Source: Orbicella franksi (taxonomy: Eukaryota). From it: a stretch of 64,000 nucleotides of DNA. A model generated the notes under the pieces. It made no database searches, was not told the origin of the DNA, and was given only the letters and a program-made list of their open reading frames with translations. Below are positions 1 through 12,908 of the stretch, piece after piece. The position numbers were made by a program, and so were the translations under genes. The stretch covers positions 28,458,001 through 28,522,000 of the forward strand of contig OZ116699.1 in the NCBI GenBank assembly GCA_964199315.1, given 5' to 3'. Each line of letters opens with the position of its first letter. Positions within the stretch are counted from its first letter, which is position 1.

Positions 1-993
1 TCATACGTTAAGAAGGAAGTTATGAACATTACAAATATGTTTTAACGTTACAGGTTTATTTCTTTATCTGGTGAATGCCAGATTTGGAGAGATGTCAGAC
101 AAGCTTATTCAGACAGTGCAGTATGAGACCTGTACGGTGTGAAATTACATTACTGGGACGTTACGCAAACCCAGTCGCAACCTCGTCAAACATAAACGGC
201 ACGAAACAATCTCTATATATTTTTACGCACGCAATTAAACAGGTCGTCGACCCAGGGAAAAAAAACACCTGTATGATTGACGTTTTACGGTTCCTTGTAC
301 GATTGTGATTTTGTATAAGCAAAGCACGCGTCATTTCGCTTTTCGATCAAACCGTTATAAGATATCATTTTCTCGCCACCTAATAATCAGACGCGAAATG
401 TTTAGCAGGGCTTCTTACTCCAGTCTAAAGGGCATTTCCTCCGGAAACTTAACTAAAGGGTCAACTATTAGATGGACTTGATATTAAATTATGGCGATGA
501 GCCTGATATATTTAAATTAAAACACGATTTTTTTTGGCGTGTTGTGTCACTTTTTACTCCATGTCTGTTTTGACAAACTATGGGCAAAACTTGAGAGATG
601 TCAAACACTCCTTTTCCGTGACAGCTTTATACTTCGCTTTTGGCGTTGACACAATCCTGAGGCATTTGCACTGAGAAGTGTGAGACTGACAAACTGAGCA
701 GAAAATTCGCTGACAACTTCTTGAGTGTTTGTACAGGAATACGAATACAGAAATACGAATAAGAGATCATCGTGGGCGGAAATATAATAACGCATCTGCC
801 GATAGAAAATGGAGGAAGGATAGTCGGCATATCTGAGCTAAACTCAAACAAAATGGCAGCCGATCTCCAAATTATGTTTATAAAGTGCATGTTAGTGTGT
901 AAAGCGCACTTTTGGTGAAGTTTAAATATACCCCTTTAAGGGATGAAAATGAATACAGATTTTCAATGCAGACAAAAGAGAACCATGGCATAC

Positions 994-1228
994 CTCCACC
1001 GTTACTGAAACATAGGTAAGGAAAACGCCACACATTGCCAAGCCCGACAGCATAACCAACGCACGACAGAATGAAATCCAATTTGCTTCCCCAAACCTCT
1101 CGGACAACTTCGTTCTCCTTCTCTGCCACTGCAGGGTTTTCATGTTGAGCTACCTCGCCTCTGGTGAGCGTGATATCACTTGGGGTGCCGACAGGATATA
1201 GCTCTAAGTTGGTTTTTTTGTCTTCCAT
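994..1228 (-). CDS. SLC6: SLC6/NSS transporter paralog A, first coding exon only; the gene continues beyond the left edge
   Basis: Encodes MEDKK...[36 protein letters not shown], the NSS TM1 signature. Exon is 235 nt with a phase-1 GTATG donor at 993, matching exon 1 of paralogs B-D. No exon 2 found in 1-990. Symbol is family-level only. Confidence 0.9.
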
Positions 1229-1285
1229 GGCAATTTGTGGGTAGTTTCCTTCCGAAGCGAGAGGCTTTTTTTTTGTTTTGACCCA

Positions 1286-1485
1286 GTGCGTCGTTGTTTT
1301 GGATGTCTGATATGTTACCCACAGAGGACTCAGAGGTCAACAACAGGACCAATGGTAAATCTGAGAAATGCCGGGCAAAAATTAAGTGCGTCGTTGTTTT
1401 GGATGTCTGATATGTTACCCACAGAGGACTCAGAGGTCAACAACAGGACCAATGGTAAATCTGAGAAATGCCGGGCAAAAATTAA
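1286..1485. repeat. Exact 2 x 100-bp tandem duplication upstream of paralog A
   Basis: gtgcgtcgttg...gcaaaaattaa occurs at 1286-1385 and 1386-1485; no mismatch seen. Confidence 0.9.
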
Positions 1486-4056
1486 AAAGATCTTTGTGTT
1501 TTCATAACCCCCACAAGTATGCAGAGAATTTTATTTGTTAAGCCCAGTTTAGACTAGCCACATAACGACATAAACAGAACAACAGAAGAAGGACGTTTTG
1601 TCGTTATGTATGCAGTGTGAACATCCATAATGGCATTAATAGCAACATACACAACATAACAGCATAAACATAACGACACAAGGAGAAAAGGGATCTTTTC
1701 CTTATGTCGATGTTCACATTACCGACATAAGCGATTGCGTCGTTATGTTGTTGTGTCGCTAGTGTGAACCAGGCCTCAGTGATAACACGCGTGTGACATG
1801 TGCTATCTCGCGAGACCACCCGGAACGAGAAGGAAACATTTACGATGTGATTTACGCCATTTATAGCTTAAAATCTTTAAGTTACCACCAGCCCTCTCAT
1901 TCGTGACTTGCACATTTCTGTTACATCCGTCACGCGGCTGTTGATTTGCAGAGGAGATAGTAGGACTGAAAATTGAGAGACATATCCTGGACCAACAAGC
2001 AATTTTGCCTCCGACTGCAAAAATTCCGCGGTATTGATCAATACCGTGGCAGTTACCCTCTATGCTACGTGGGTTAGTTGTCTCTTGTAGTGCGCGACCC
2101 GACGATGAGAAAGGCAGAGAGAAAGCTACTTTTTTCATTTATTCAAATTTCTCTAATCCAACAAGAACAGAATAGTTTACTCCAACCATGTACAAAACGA
2201 AAGAACAAACAGAAATTAAACACATTAAAAGAATTTATTCCACACTAGTCCTCTTATCAAGCTTTATTACAGCAAAATATTTTCGGCATTTTAAGACCTC
2301 CGTCTCTTTAAATCCTGATATAAAAAGCTCAGGTTCATCCTACCGTCGGGGCTAAGATATCCGGTTTTTGACAAGTTATAGTACAGACCCCTCCAACATG
2401 GACCTAAAATACTAAAGTGGACTGCTGTTTCCTAGTAATATCACTACAACTGCTTCCTTAACTCTATAACCTCTCTCCTTCTCTGCACATCGAACAACTA
2501 TTGATTTTTTTTTCTCACTGTTTACCGAGGTAGATTCATGTAGGTTCATCCTTGTTTAGTGTGCCTAATTAGTCCGCTTGGGTTAAATTCCTTGACACTT
2601 AAATAAACGTTATTATCTTATCTTATAGGATACTTCTGTGAACGCTGCTATACGCAAAACACTTTCAATCTATCTAAATGATAAACTTAGTTCTTTTTAG
2701 TTAAACGTGTTTAAAGCTTTGATGTAAGAGATGAGAACAAATCCTACAAAGGAGTTACAATTCTTAATCACAATAAACCTAAACAACGCAAAGTAATCCG
2801 GAATGGCTTTGGTTTAAACTTAGCTACTTTCTATGATTGGCTCAAACAATCAGATGCAGAACTAAAGCCAATCAAGGCTTGGCCGAGTGTTTTTATTTGG
2901 AGGTCCCCGCTATTAGTCCGTTTCCTTGTTTGCGTCTGTTTTCATTTACGGTAATTGGCCATTGTAATTGCTTTAGTATTGGTTTTACGACGTTCTAAAA
3001 ACCGCTCTAACCAACACGAGCAACAGAGCAGTTATTGGTTGAGCAGATTTGCATCTGATTGGTTGAATAGACGGCGCGAGTCTTTTTTAAACTAATCACG
3101 GAGCGTAGTTAAACAAAACCAACGCAATTCGAATTACGTTCAACTCTCAATATAAAGATCGTTTAAACTGACACCCGCAGTCTTTCATTCAGGTCTTGAA
3201 ATCTTGCCCACTGATGTAATATTCTCGGACATTTCTTTATCTGTTAGCTCATATACGTACTTAGACTAATTAATACTACGTACAAGTTGTTGTTACTCGC
3301 ATTATGATCATGACATGAACTCGTATGAAGTATGGCGCTCAAAGAAATAAATTAAACTAATAAGTACATCAAAGTTTCATGCCAGTGTTTTGATAATTTG
3401 GCTCCAGCAGCTGAGGGCTTTACCTTTAAAGACTTTAAATCTGAAATAAATTGACATAAAAATATTTGTGAAAACAGTTGCTTTATGATTAGGGGATTAA
3501 TATTCTGCTACTATTCTAAAATACAAAACGACACTTCAGTTTGTAATACATGTTTTTGAGACATGTCACTCAATATACTGAAGATATTACACTTCCTTAG
3601 GGTCTTATTTCAAATTTCGCGGTTTTCTTTTTCCAAATTCCGCGATTTAACTAACGTTAATTCTCTATTATTTAATTTCGTGCTAATACCATTAGAAATG
3701 CGCCCTTCTCTTATTTCGCGCCACTATTTTCACACCTTTCAGGCGGAGGGAATGAGTCCAGTTAATTTTTTTTATTTCATTATTTTAAGGAGAAGTGGAT
3801 CGTAATAGAGGGGGCGCTTATTTGAAATTACGATGCATAATACATCAAATCTTTTCATGGGACAGCCTTGAAAACATGGCGAGAAAACTCTGTGATGGAG
3901 AAGGGTCCTAATCCAGTGGTCAGCTTGTTTAAAATATTATAAATCATAAATGCTAGGTACTCGTATAAGCTTCTTTTCAAGGAAAATTAAGTTAGCAGCC
4001 GCTCGGGTAATTATGCCAGTAATGCTAAATGTCATTACATTTTCGGTGTTGGTTTC

Positions 4057-7000
4057 TTAGCTTTCTACGGCTGTTGCTTCATTACCCGTGTAGGTCGTAC
4101 CAGTCAAATATGCATAAGAAAATGTTCCAATTGTAAAACTCACCAGGGCGAATTCCGTTTGGGTAGGTAGTCCGTTTTCTTGTTCTATCCTTCGCATGGT
4201 TTGTTCATCTGGTTTCAGCAGGTTCAAAAATCGCTAAACCAAAACAGAGTGGTGTTACAAGAAAAGAAACACAGCGAAATCGATCTTTTCATCTTTGTAG
4301 ATACATCACTGACGAACAACTAAAACTGGTTTAAAACTACAATGTTTTAGTTGCGTTAAAACTCAGCATCAGGGCTAATCGCTTTGTAGTGTTACAGATT
4401 AAATGGTAAGACCATACAGAACGTGTATTCAATGCTAGTAACATTATATTTAGCTACTACTAGCTGGCATCTTTACCAACATAACGAAATCCTAGAACTG
4501 CAGGTTTGAGTGGCTCACCTCTTTGATTGGACGGGACCTGTCTCTGAAAAGCCTGTATATGGCATATCCAGGAACAAAAAGAATGGATGCAAGGCAAAGG
4601 CCCCACCCCACCAGCTCAGCCCAGACTGGATATTTGTAATCGCCAAGCGAAAGTCCTGACCAGTCCACACACTGCCAGACAAAGATAACCTGGGATGGGA
4701 GGAGAAGGTAAATAATATTGTCTTAAGTTACAATGAAGTAATAATGAATATGCATTTTTTAGCGTGAACTAAAAATGAGCCCACGAGATGAGCCCACGAG
4801 TCATTTGTATTTTCTGGGTATACGCACGAGCCTTTAGTAGCTATCTTATACCCCCTCGGGGGGGGGGTACTCCCTTATATGGGCTATATAGGTATGTGCG
4901 GCCCCAAAGGGTAGGGTTTTTCAGCCGTTGTAGTCATAAATAGGGTATCGATTTTGGCCATTTTGGTTATAAATAGGGTATGGTTTTAGCGCTCTAGTCT
5001 TTAATTGGGTATATTTCTTAGAAGAAGCTACTTTTTCTTCGTTTTCAGTAAGAACGTCAACAAAAGCCCTTCATAACTTAAGTTTAAGGCAACTGCGTCA
5101 GCCGCAACGGTCATAAATAGGGTATTGAATTTTTGGCCAGGTCATAAATAGGGTAGCAAAAATCGCAGATTTTGGTCATAAATAAAGTAAGAGTTTTGGG
5201 AAGTGGGCCGCACTCCCCCACCCAACTTTTCTGGGAGTACCCCCCCGGGCTTATACCATGCAATAGAAAATACAGTGACCAACACAATCAAGGCGACATA
5301 TAAGTCCAACGCAACAACACAAGTACACAACGGCTTTCCTGTATTCAGATTGGTTGTACTTTTGACATGGACTAAATATTGAGAGGCTTTATGAAGCCAG
5401 ATACAGTTGTAATGTGTTCCTTACCAGAATGATCACTGGAGACAAGAACTTCCAGCACACCCGGAAATACAGATTTGGTCGGTGTCCTATCATGGTCTCT
5501 ATGTTCTTGGAAAAGTTTTCAGTTCCTATTGAAAATGAGATCATGAGATTTCATCTGTTATTATTCATTGAACACAAACTTGATATATTAGAGGTAATAA
5601 TCCTTACTGATTGTCATACACATCTTTTAACTTTAGTGGCAAAGCAAGACAACATTCTTTATAAGTTAAGATTTTTCGGCATGACTTTTCATTGTCACGG
5701 AGTTTCACGGTGTACTGTGATTTTGGTTGGTGATACTCGACTATAATCACTGAAGGGAATCAGCTGGCTGTAGGCCTTCCATCTCGGAGTTAAAGGAACT
5801 CAGTCATGCTATTTTGAGTTATTTTTGCCATGTACAAAATTACCTTTAAATTGAAGGGAATCTGAAAACGATAGTCTACTAAAAGATAGAAAAACACCAA
5901 GAAATAATGCTAAACCACAAAGAAACAAGGATGGTTAAGGATGGAGAAGATTTACAAGGATTACAAACGACGAACTTGAAAAATTTAGGCTAAACTTTTC
6001 AAGATGCACAAACCGTAGCTCCTTTAAGTGCAAGGTATTATGTGACAAGGATACAACAAAAGAGAGACAAAATAAAGAGATTAATAAATTAGCTTCCTTG
6101 AGCGGAGTTCATTTTAATCCCACGGTAAGTAAGACATTCTGGCATGGATTTTATTAATTAACGTAGTAAGAGCTATTTTTCTTACCATAGACCCATCCAA
6201 TGGCAATTGATTCCAGGAGCGCGATAAGAACCAATGAAATTCCACCGCTCTGAATGTCAAACATTTCGAACACGTACAGTCCACCCTATAAGAAAGCGAA
6301 TTAAGGTGGCATTGTAAGTGAAAAATTAACAGACAATTGGCAGACAAGATTCAGTTCAACTTGACAAGGTTAGACAATTATTCTTTGACAGGGCAATCCA
6401 ATTTGCTTTGATCGTTTCCTGTTTGAAACATAAGCTGTCTTATCATAGAAAATATCAGGCGACGTTGATCAAAGTATTTGTAAAATGACAGCGGATACAG
6501 AAAAAAAAGGTAAAGCCGTAAATGTTTCCTGCTTATTTAATTTCGTTTCGGCTGTTGTCGTTTCGCGATAACAGCTAAACGTAATTTTCATTATCATTAT
6601 ACATTTCATTATTATCATATCAACAATCTAATAGAAACAAAAGTATGACGTCAGAGCAGTTTGGTTCGAAAGCTAACAACGGTGTCACTGTTCAGAAATA
6701 CACAGACAAGACATTTCTAATTTCCTGTTTTCGTTTCAACTTAAGCTAACAAAGCTCGTGTATAATTACCTGAGTCACGTGTGCCAGGCCAATGAGGTAG
6801 CAGATAACACAAAAACCGAGTGAGACGGCAGACTTGTATTTACGCATGCGTGGTGACCAGTCAATGATAACGGTAGTACAGGTCTCAACGCCAACAAACT
6901 GAGAATAAAATGAAACAAAGTGCATGATATTAAAAAAATGTATATATTTCTCAAAGCATTAGCCATTGTATGTCACTGCTTTCTTCTTACTATAGAGTAA

Positions 7001-10000
7001 TTCTCTTATGCTAAATTTTCAACCTCTCCTACTTATAATTATGGAACTGATTTAAAGGCTTTGAACTAGTTATTTATCAGTAACACCGAAAAAAGAGTTT
7101 AATGGAGTGTTTGAAAAAAGGGTCAGGAAGATTTACATTTGGTGAAATTAATTTTTGTCTTTAAAAGGCTGTTTGATTTTAATTCATATTTTTAGTGAAT
7201 AACAATTAAATGAACTAAGGCTACTAATATGTATGTCATCTATTCGCTTCCGTTTCAAAACTATAATGAGAATCGACAGTGTAAAAGTACCTGGCTGTCC
7301 AGACCAAGGTTAAACAACATGAAGAAAAAAAGAAATGCCCAGATTTGTGGAACAGGCAGCTGTTTGATTCCTTCAGGAAACGCCATGAACACCAGGCCTG
7401 GTCCTAAATATTGAAATGATATTGTTACTTGAGTACAGGTCAGAGAGGAGGTAGGGTGGTGTGATAATAAGAACAACCCTTTGAGAGAAATCGGATTTTA
7501 CTAGCAGCCACGACCCCCCTGGCGGCTACTCAGAAGACAACGGCGATTTAAAAACGGGGTATATTCACCTACGAATCTCGCGAAAATCCAAATTTACTCA
7601 ATTGTCTTTCACTAGAACTATCCTAAAACTGAATATGTTAGACAACGTTCAACTCGAAAAAAAAGCTTTAACAATTTTGCCGTCGTGGTTGGCGTTGTGA
7701 CAATTTTAGTCTAATTTATACTTTGATGTGAAATGACCAATTGAAAAGGTACTTTCTTTTCTTTCTTTCTTTCTTTCAAATTCCCTTCTGCGGAATAACC
7801 TGATACACATTTGCATACCACGGGGGAAAATAAGGGTCATCACAGAAAGGCAATCAGTGTCTAGAAAAATAGTGGTTCCATTCATGTCTACAAGCAGGAT
7901 TTACTGTTTGTTAATTAAATAATTAAGTTCATTAACAAGCAGGAATTGTCTGCCACATGGAATTTGTGCAGTTTAATTTTTTTATTTGATATTAGATACT
8001 CAACTACAAGAAACAAAAGAAAACAAACTTTCGTGTCATATGTTCAAAACAATACGCGAGACACAGCAGAGATTTTACCTCCTTTGACGGCATTACCAAC
8101 TTCAGTTTTGAGTAAGCGTGCCATAAAACCCATCATGCTGAATACGGTAAAGCCCGCGAAAAAACTGGTCATACAATTGATCAATGAAACCACTATGCTG
8201 TCCCTAAAATAAGAGAACAGGGAATTCTTTAGTGAAGACGATCGGAGTTAGCCAAAATCGCACATTATGTTGTCTACCATGGACTAAAGAACTCCAGCAA
8301 TTTTAAAGTGACTAAGGCCGCGTCCACACTACGCTATTTTAAAACTTAGCGTTATTTTTACGTTTAGGCCAACCGTCTACCATAATCCGTCACGAAAACG
8401 GAGCTTTTGGGAAACGCTCTTCAAACCAGAGGAATTTGAAAACGCTGGCATTTCGTTTTCATGTGGAAAGAAAATATTTTGAAAACGGAGCTTTTCGAAA
8501 ACGAACGATGGCGTCAAAATAACCATGTAATTTCCCTGACGGAGTTTTCCCCAAACACAAATCGAAAATGACCGGTGATTGTTTCGTTTTTAAATTCCTC
8601 CCGCGTAGTGTGGACGGAAAACATTTGATGCGTTTTCAGAGTGGAACCTCCGTTTTCAAATTCCTCCAGCGCAGTGTGGACGGGGATTGAGCGGTTGCAA
8701 ATTAATCGTCTAAAAAAGGCATTGACCTTTTATCTATCGTCCCACTCACGCTCATATCAATTACAGAGGGAATTATCATATTTAAACCGTTTTCCTGTCA
8801 CTGATTTCACAGTTTTTCTTTGTATTGAAATAAAATGTTGCTCAGTGATGTAAACCATATGTTATATTTAGTTGTTCGTTTTAAAAGTGGCGAAAGTTGT
8901 CATGCGAATTTTCAACGTTTAAAACCCGAAACTGTTCAAACAAAAAATAAATTTTGCTTGGTTACTGAGTTTTTTGACAAGTATCTTTACGTGGAAAAAT
9001 CTCTAAAACCTGTGAAATGGACGTTAGTAATGTTTCCCTTACTTTTCACAGTTGTTGTTAAACTTGTTGAAGCTACTGTAGGTAAGGAGTCCTCCCATTC
9101 CGATACTGAGTGAGTAAAATATCTGACCAGCGGCTTGCACCCACACCTGTAGAGATCATTAATGCCGAGAACAAGAAGCAAGACCCATGTTTGCTTTTTC
9201 ACGGAGAAATACAGGAAATCAAATGAAGCACCAGAGATAGACCAGCTTCAATTACTATTGCAAAGCTAATAAGGGACGATAAATGAAAAAATAAAAATAA
9301 TATTTTCCAAAACTGCCATTCTTCTAAATAGAGTGTATTTGGTCTTGTCACGCGTATTAGATATCAAATGACATTGGATATATATTGTATCTTTTGCTTA
9401 GTTTTACGAAAAAAAGTAAGTGAAGTTTATGGCCCTCTCAATGTCTTTCAAGAAAGCATTACACTAGTAAAAAAAAACTGTAAAGTAGTAAAGTTACTGA
9501 GATCTTTCAGATTCTTCTCCTAGCTAAGCCGACGGCTTTAACAGTCTAGGGGTTTGTACACGTTTCTACTGTACCAGTGAGCAGAATGGCACTCTTACCT
9601 GCGGATCTTTAAGTCTGGAGAAATCAGGCTTCAAGTAGAAGAGGATCCCGTCACCGGCTCCCTCTAAAGTAGCACCACGAATGAGAAAAATGAACAAGAC
9701 CAGGTATGGAAACAAAGCAGTGAAGTAGACAACCTGGAAAGCAAGACACTGGCGTTTCAGTTTTATATCTCACTGGTCAATGTACGCCGTATCAATCGCA
9801 TCGTTTCTCATTCTGTTGAAAGAAAGTGACTTTTACTACATGCGACCAAAAGTATACTAGCAACTGAGAGTCCTCAGCTCAGAAATGGTTGGTTTTTTAA
9901 TGTCAAGACAACGTTTCTATCTGACGGCAAGTGTTTCTCTGGAATCTCTTCTTCTTTGCTTTTCTTATTGAATTAATTTTTTTTGAGAAAAGAACAAAGC

Positions 10001-10663
10001 GCACACTTGTGTATGGAAAACTTCCGTTTGCCAAGCTTCTTGCAAAACCCCTGAAGTTAATCCAGTATAACTCTCTATGGACTACAAATACTACAGTTAG
10101 TTAGGAAAATTGAAACCGTGAAGCAAACATTGATGCAACTTATTTTTTTGATGGCCTTCAGAGTTGATTTTTTTTTAATGGCACGGAATCGATAATGATT
10201 GGCTTCACATATCTGGAAGATATTTAAAATTACCTTTCCAACTGATTTGACTCCCTTCCACACGCAGAAGTAAACACAGATCCAAGCCACGAGAAGGCAA
10301 ACAGCCAGCTCCCAACGGATTTCTCCTGGTTGATCAATTCCATCCGACACCTTGAGCATACGGCCACTAAGATAAATAAAAGCAAGAGAGCCCAATCAGG
10401 CACATTAGATAAGACAATAAGAACTGATCAATTGATTGATTGATTTCTTGTGTGTGGATTTAGGATAAATCTGTAATAAACAGCCAGGTCATAACAGTGT
10501 GTCACTGAAAACTGAAAAAGAACGCCAAATATTTTGCCATTCTTATTTTGTTGTGAAAAGTACTTATATAGGTATCAAATCAGGTCTAATTAACAATTAG
10601 ACACGTAGCCCGCAAGGGCTACGGGTCAATAGCCCATGAGGCGAAGCCGAATGGGCTATTGAA

Positions 10664-10697
<34 letters not shown>

Positions 10698-12908
10698 TAG
10701 TATCACCCAACTAGTCGGACAGAAAAGACAATAATAAAGTTAGCAAATGCAGGTTGAAGAAATATTTATCTGGGAATAAAACAAGAGAAAGCGTCACCTT
10801 CGATTGCGCCAATTTCGCTACTGAAGGACTATTACTAATAGACCTCTAGTAGCGTGGCAAATTAAAATGCAAGATTTGCATTAGTCCACTAGTTGGGTGA
10901 TACTAACAACCATTATTTCTTACTTGAAATATTCCTCCTCAGGAGATATATATTGCCCACTGCAATTTAATGGAAGGCCAATAGCTGTGCAGTTCAATGA
11001 GACATCCATTACGCGGTCCTTTCTACATGAAAAAAGAGAGAAAATTACCACTTACATGATTGTACGAGGATAACAACACAAAGAAGTTTGCCTTGCCGCA
11101 TCTCAGTTTATCTCCTGCTGACAACAAGATTCGTGAAGCTATCTAGGCCCGGTGGTAAACGTGTATTTGTAGTAAGAGCAAATTTCTTATGCCATCATTC
11201 CAGGTTTGGTAGTGGGTCAGATTTTGAGACAAGACTTTGAGCAATGATCCTTCAAATACTTACGCCTGAAAAGGCATGTATTCTCGAGAGAATAGAATCC
11301 CAACAAGTTTCCTAGGGAAGTGCGTTGTACACTCCTTAAAGGAGAGAAAATGAGTTTGCTCGCGGTCCAGAGGCAAACAGATATGACCCTAGAGACATTT
11401 TAAACAGCTTTTGGTGGAGGATGTTTCTTAATTAATCCTAATCAAATCCCTTACTTGCAGTAGTTGGAATTCCACTCATTTCCACATTCACCCCATGGCA
11501 TAGTTTTTCTAAACGTTACAAATATGTAATAGAGAGTCCAAGCGATGATGACGTTGTAATAGACACTGATCAGGAAGGTGATCACCAGCATGGCGTAACC
11601 GAGGCCTGATGAAATAAAGCAGATCACGTGTTAAGGCCTGGTCATTACAGTTAACTACTACCGTATGTGTATTGATTGGTTGAACTGCGACTTTCTTATG
11701 TGCTAATAATGTTGTAGGAAGCGTTTAGTATCCGCCATTAAACATGTCAGTTGCGGTGTTTGTGTGAATAGTATGAAAGTAATGGCATGAATTGTTTTGA
11801 TATCGTCTTAACCTCAAACAGGTTCTTGTTACTGCGTGTTGCTAGTAGAACGCGTTCAAACACTAGTTGAACAATCTCTGGAACTTTTTTAATTTTTTTT
11901 TTTAAATTCCGATTAAGATGGCATGGAATGTGACACTTACCTCCAAACAGAGGACAAATAGCTGACCAAGACTTAACAACGCCTTTTCCGACATACTGAC
12001 CAAGAGCGACTTCAAGGTAGAAGATGGGGATTCCACAGAACACCAGGCAGATCACATAAGGGATCAGAAACGAGGCTGTGAAATAGATAAAACACCGTGC
12101 CAGACCAAGTCATGTGAACATCTAACTGTCACAGAAGGTAGTTTTAATTTTTTGTCCTATAATCTATTTCATTGGTACTTGACTTACATTTGAAGTTGTC
12201 TTATTAAACTTCGAGCGAGTCCTAGTAGGTGCTTCTCTTAACGAAGGTATAGAAACAGTAACCGTGAAAAGTGTGGTCCAGTGCTTTCAAACGGTTAACT
12301 GACATAATTTATTTTCTGTGTACCAATTGCGGTTTCATGCCTTATGAGTTCCATAGTAGTGGGTTGATGATATAAAAAATCTATGAAACTTAGTAGAAAA
12401 CAGTGTCGGAGCACTGAAAACAGAAACATCTTTCACCATTCTCGTATCATCTCTCTCATTTTCAGGCTATTTTCTCGCGGTACATTCTCTTTTTAACCGC
12501 CGTTATCATTACCGAAGATAAAGAAGATCAAGCTCATGCGATAGCACTAAACTGAGACAGGTAACAAATTTGCCCCGACGTACGTAGCACGAAAATTGAA
12601 ACTCAATGGAAATCAGTAGGAAGAATTAATAGCCTGGCGGGCGTGCTAGAAACCATGTCATTCTACATTAGAACTGCACAAACAGCTGATATCTCACCTC
12701 CTCCATTAATGTAGCACAAGTAAGGAAAGCGCCACAGATTCCCCAGTCCTACAGCGTAACCAACGCATGATAAAATAAAATCGAGTTTTCTTGTCCACTG
12801 CTCGCGCTTTCCTTGCTCTTCTGTACCTGCCTCTTTCTTAGGGAGTGAAGTTGCTCTTCTTGACGAGGTAAGGGGATTTAGAGGTTCCGAATCGTTGTTT
12901 TTGTCCAT
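4057..12908 (-). CDS. SLC6: SLC6/NSS Na+/Cl--dependent amino-acid-type transporter paralog B (14 coding exons, ~599-627 aa)
   Basis: Hand-spliced GT-AG exons: 12908-12698, 12075-11941, 11605-11455, 11022-10924, 10366-10234, 9733-9599, 9146-9043, 8203-8079, 7403-7291, 6898-6770, 6285-6186, 5525-5425, 4689-4519, 4233-4144. The last exon either splices at GTGAGT or reads on to TAA at 4059-4057. Frame is continuous. Motifs: [44 protein letters not shown]. Confidence 0.93.
4853..5249. mobile_element. MITE with CCCGGGGGGGTACTCCC-type TIRs and an 8-bp TSD, in an intron of paralog B
   Basis: Inverted termini ccc(t)cggggggggggtactccc / gggagtacccccccggg. CTTATACC is duplicated at 4845-4852 and 5250-5257. 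Internal GTCATAAATAGGGTA repeats. Confidence 0.8.
8316..8688. mobile_element. PIF/Harbinger-like MITE, copy 1 (intron of paralog B)
   Basis: TAA|GGCCGCGTCCACACT ... GTGTGGACGGGG, with internal GAAAACGGAGCTTTTCGAAAAC motifs. Homologous to 45404-45774 (opposite orientation) and 50108-50368. Confidence 0.75.
10590..10906 (-). mobile_element. HINE/Helentron-like non-autonomous element, family 2 (intron of paralog B)
   Basis: Subterminal inverted repeat TAGTATCACCCAACTAGT (10698-10715) / ACTAGTTGGGTGATACTA (10888-10905), plus a branched terminal hairpin closed by AACAATTAGAC...TCTAATTGTT. Confidence 0.6.
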
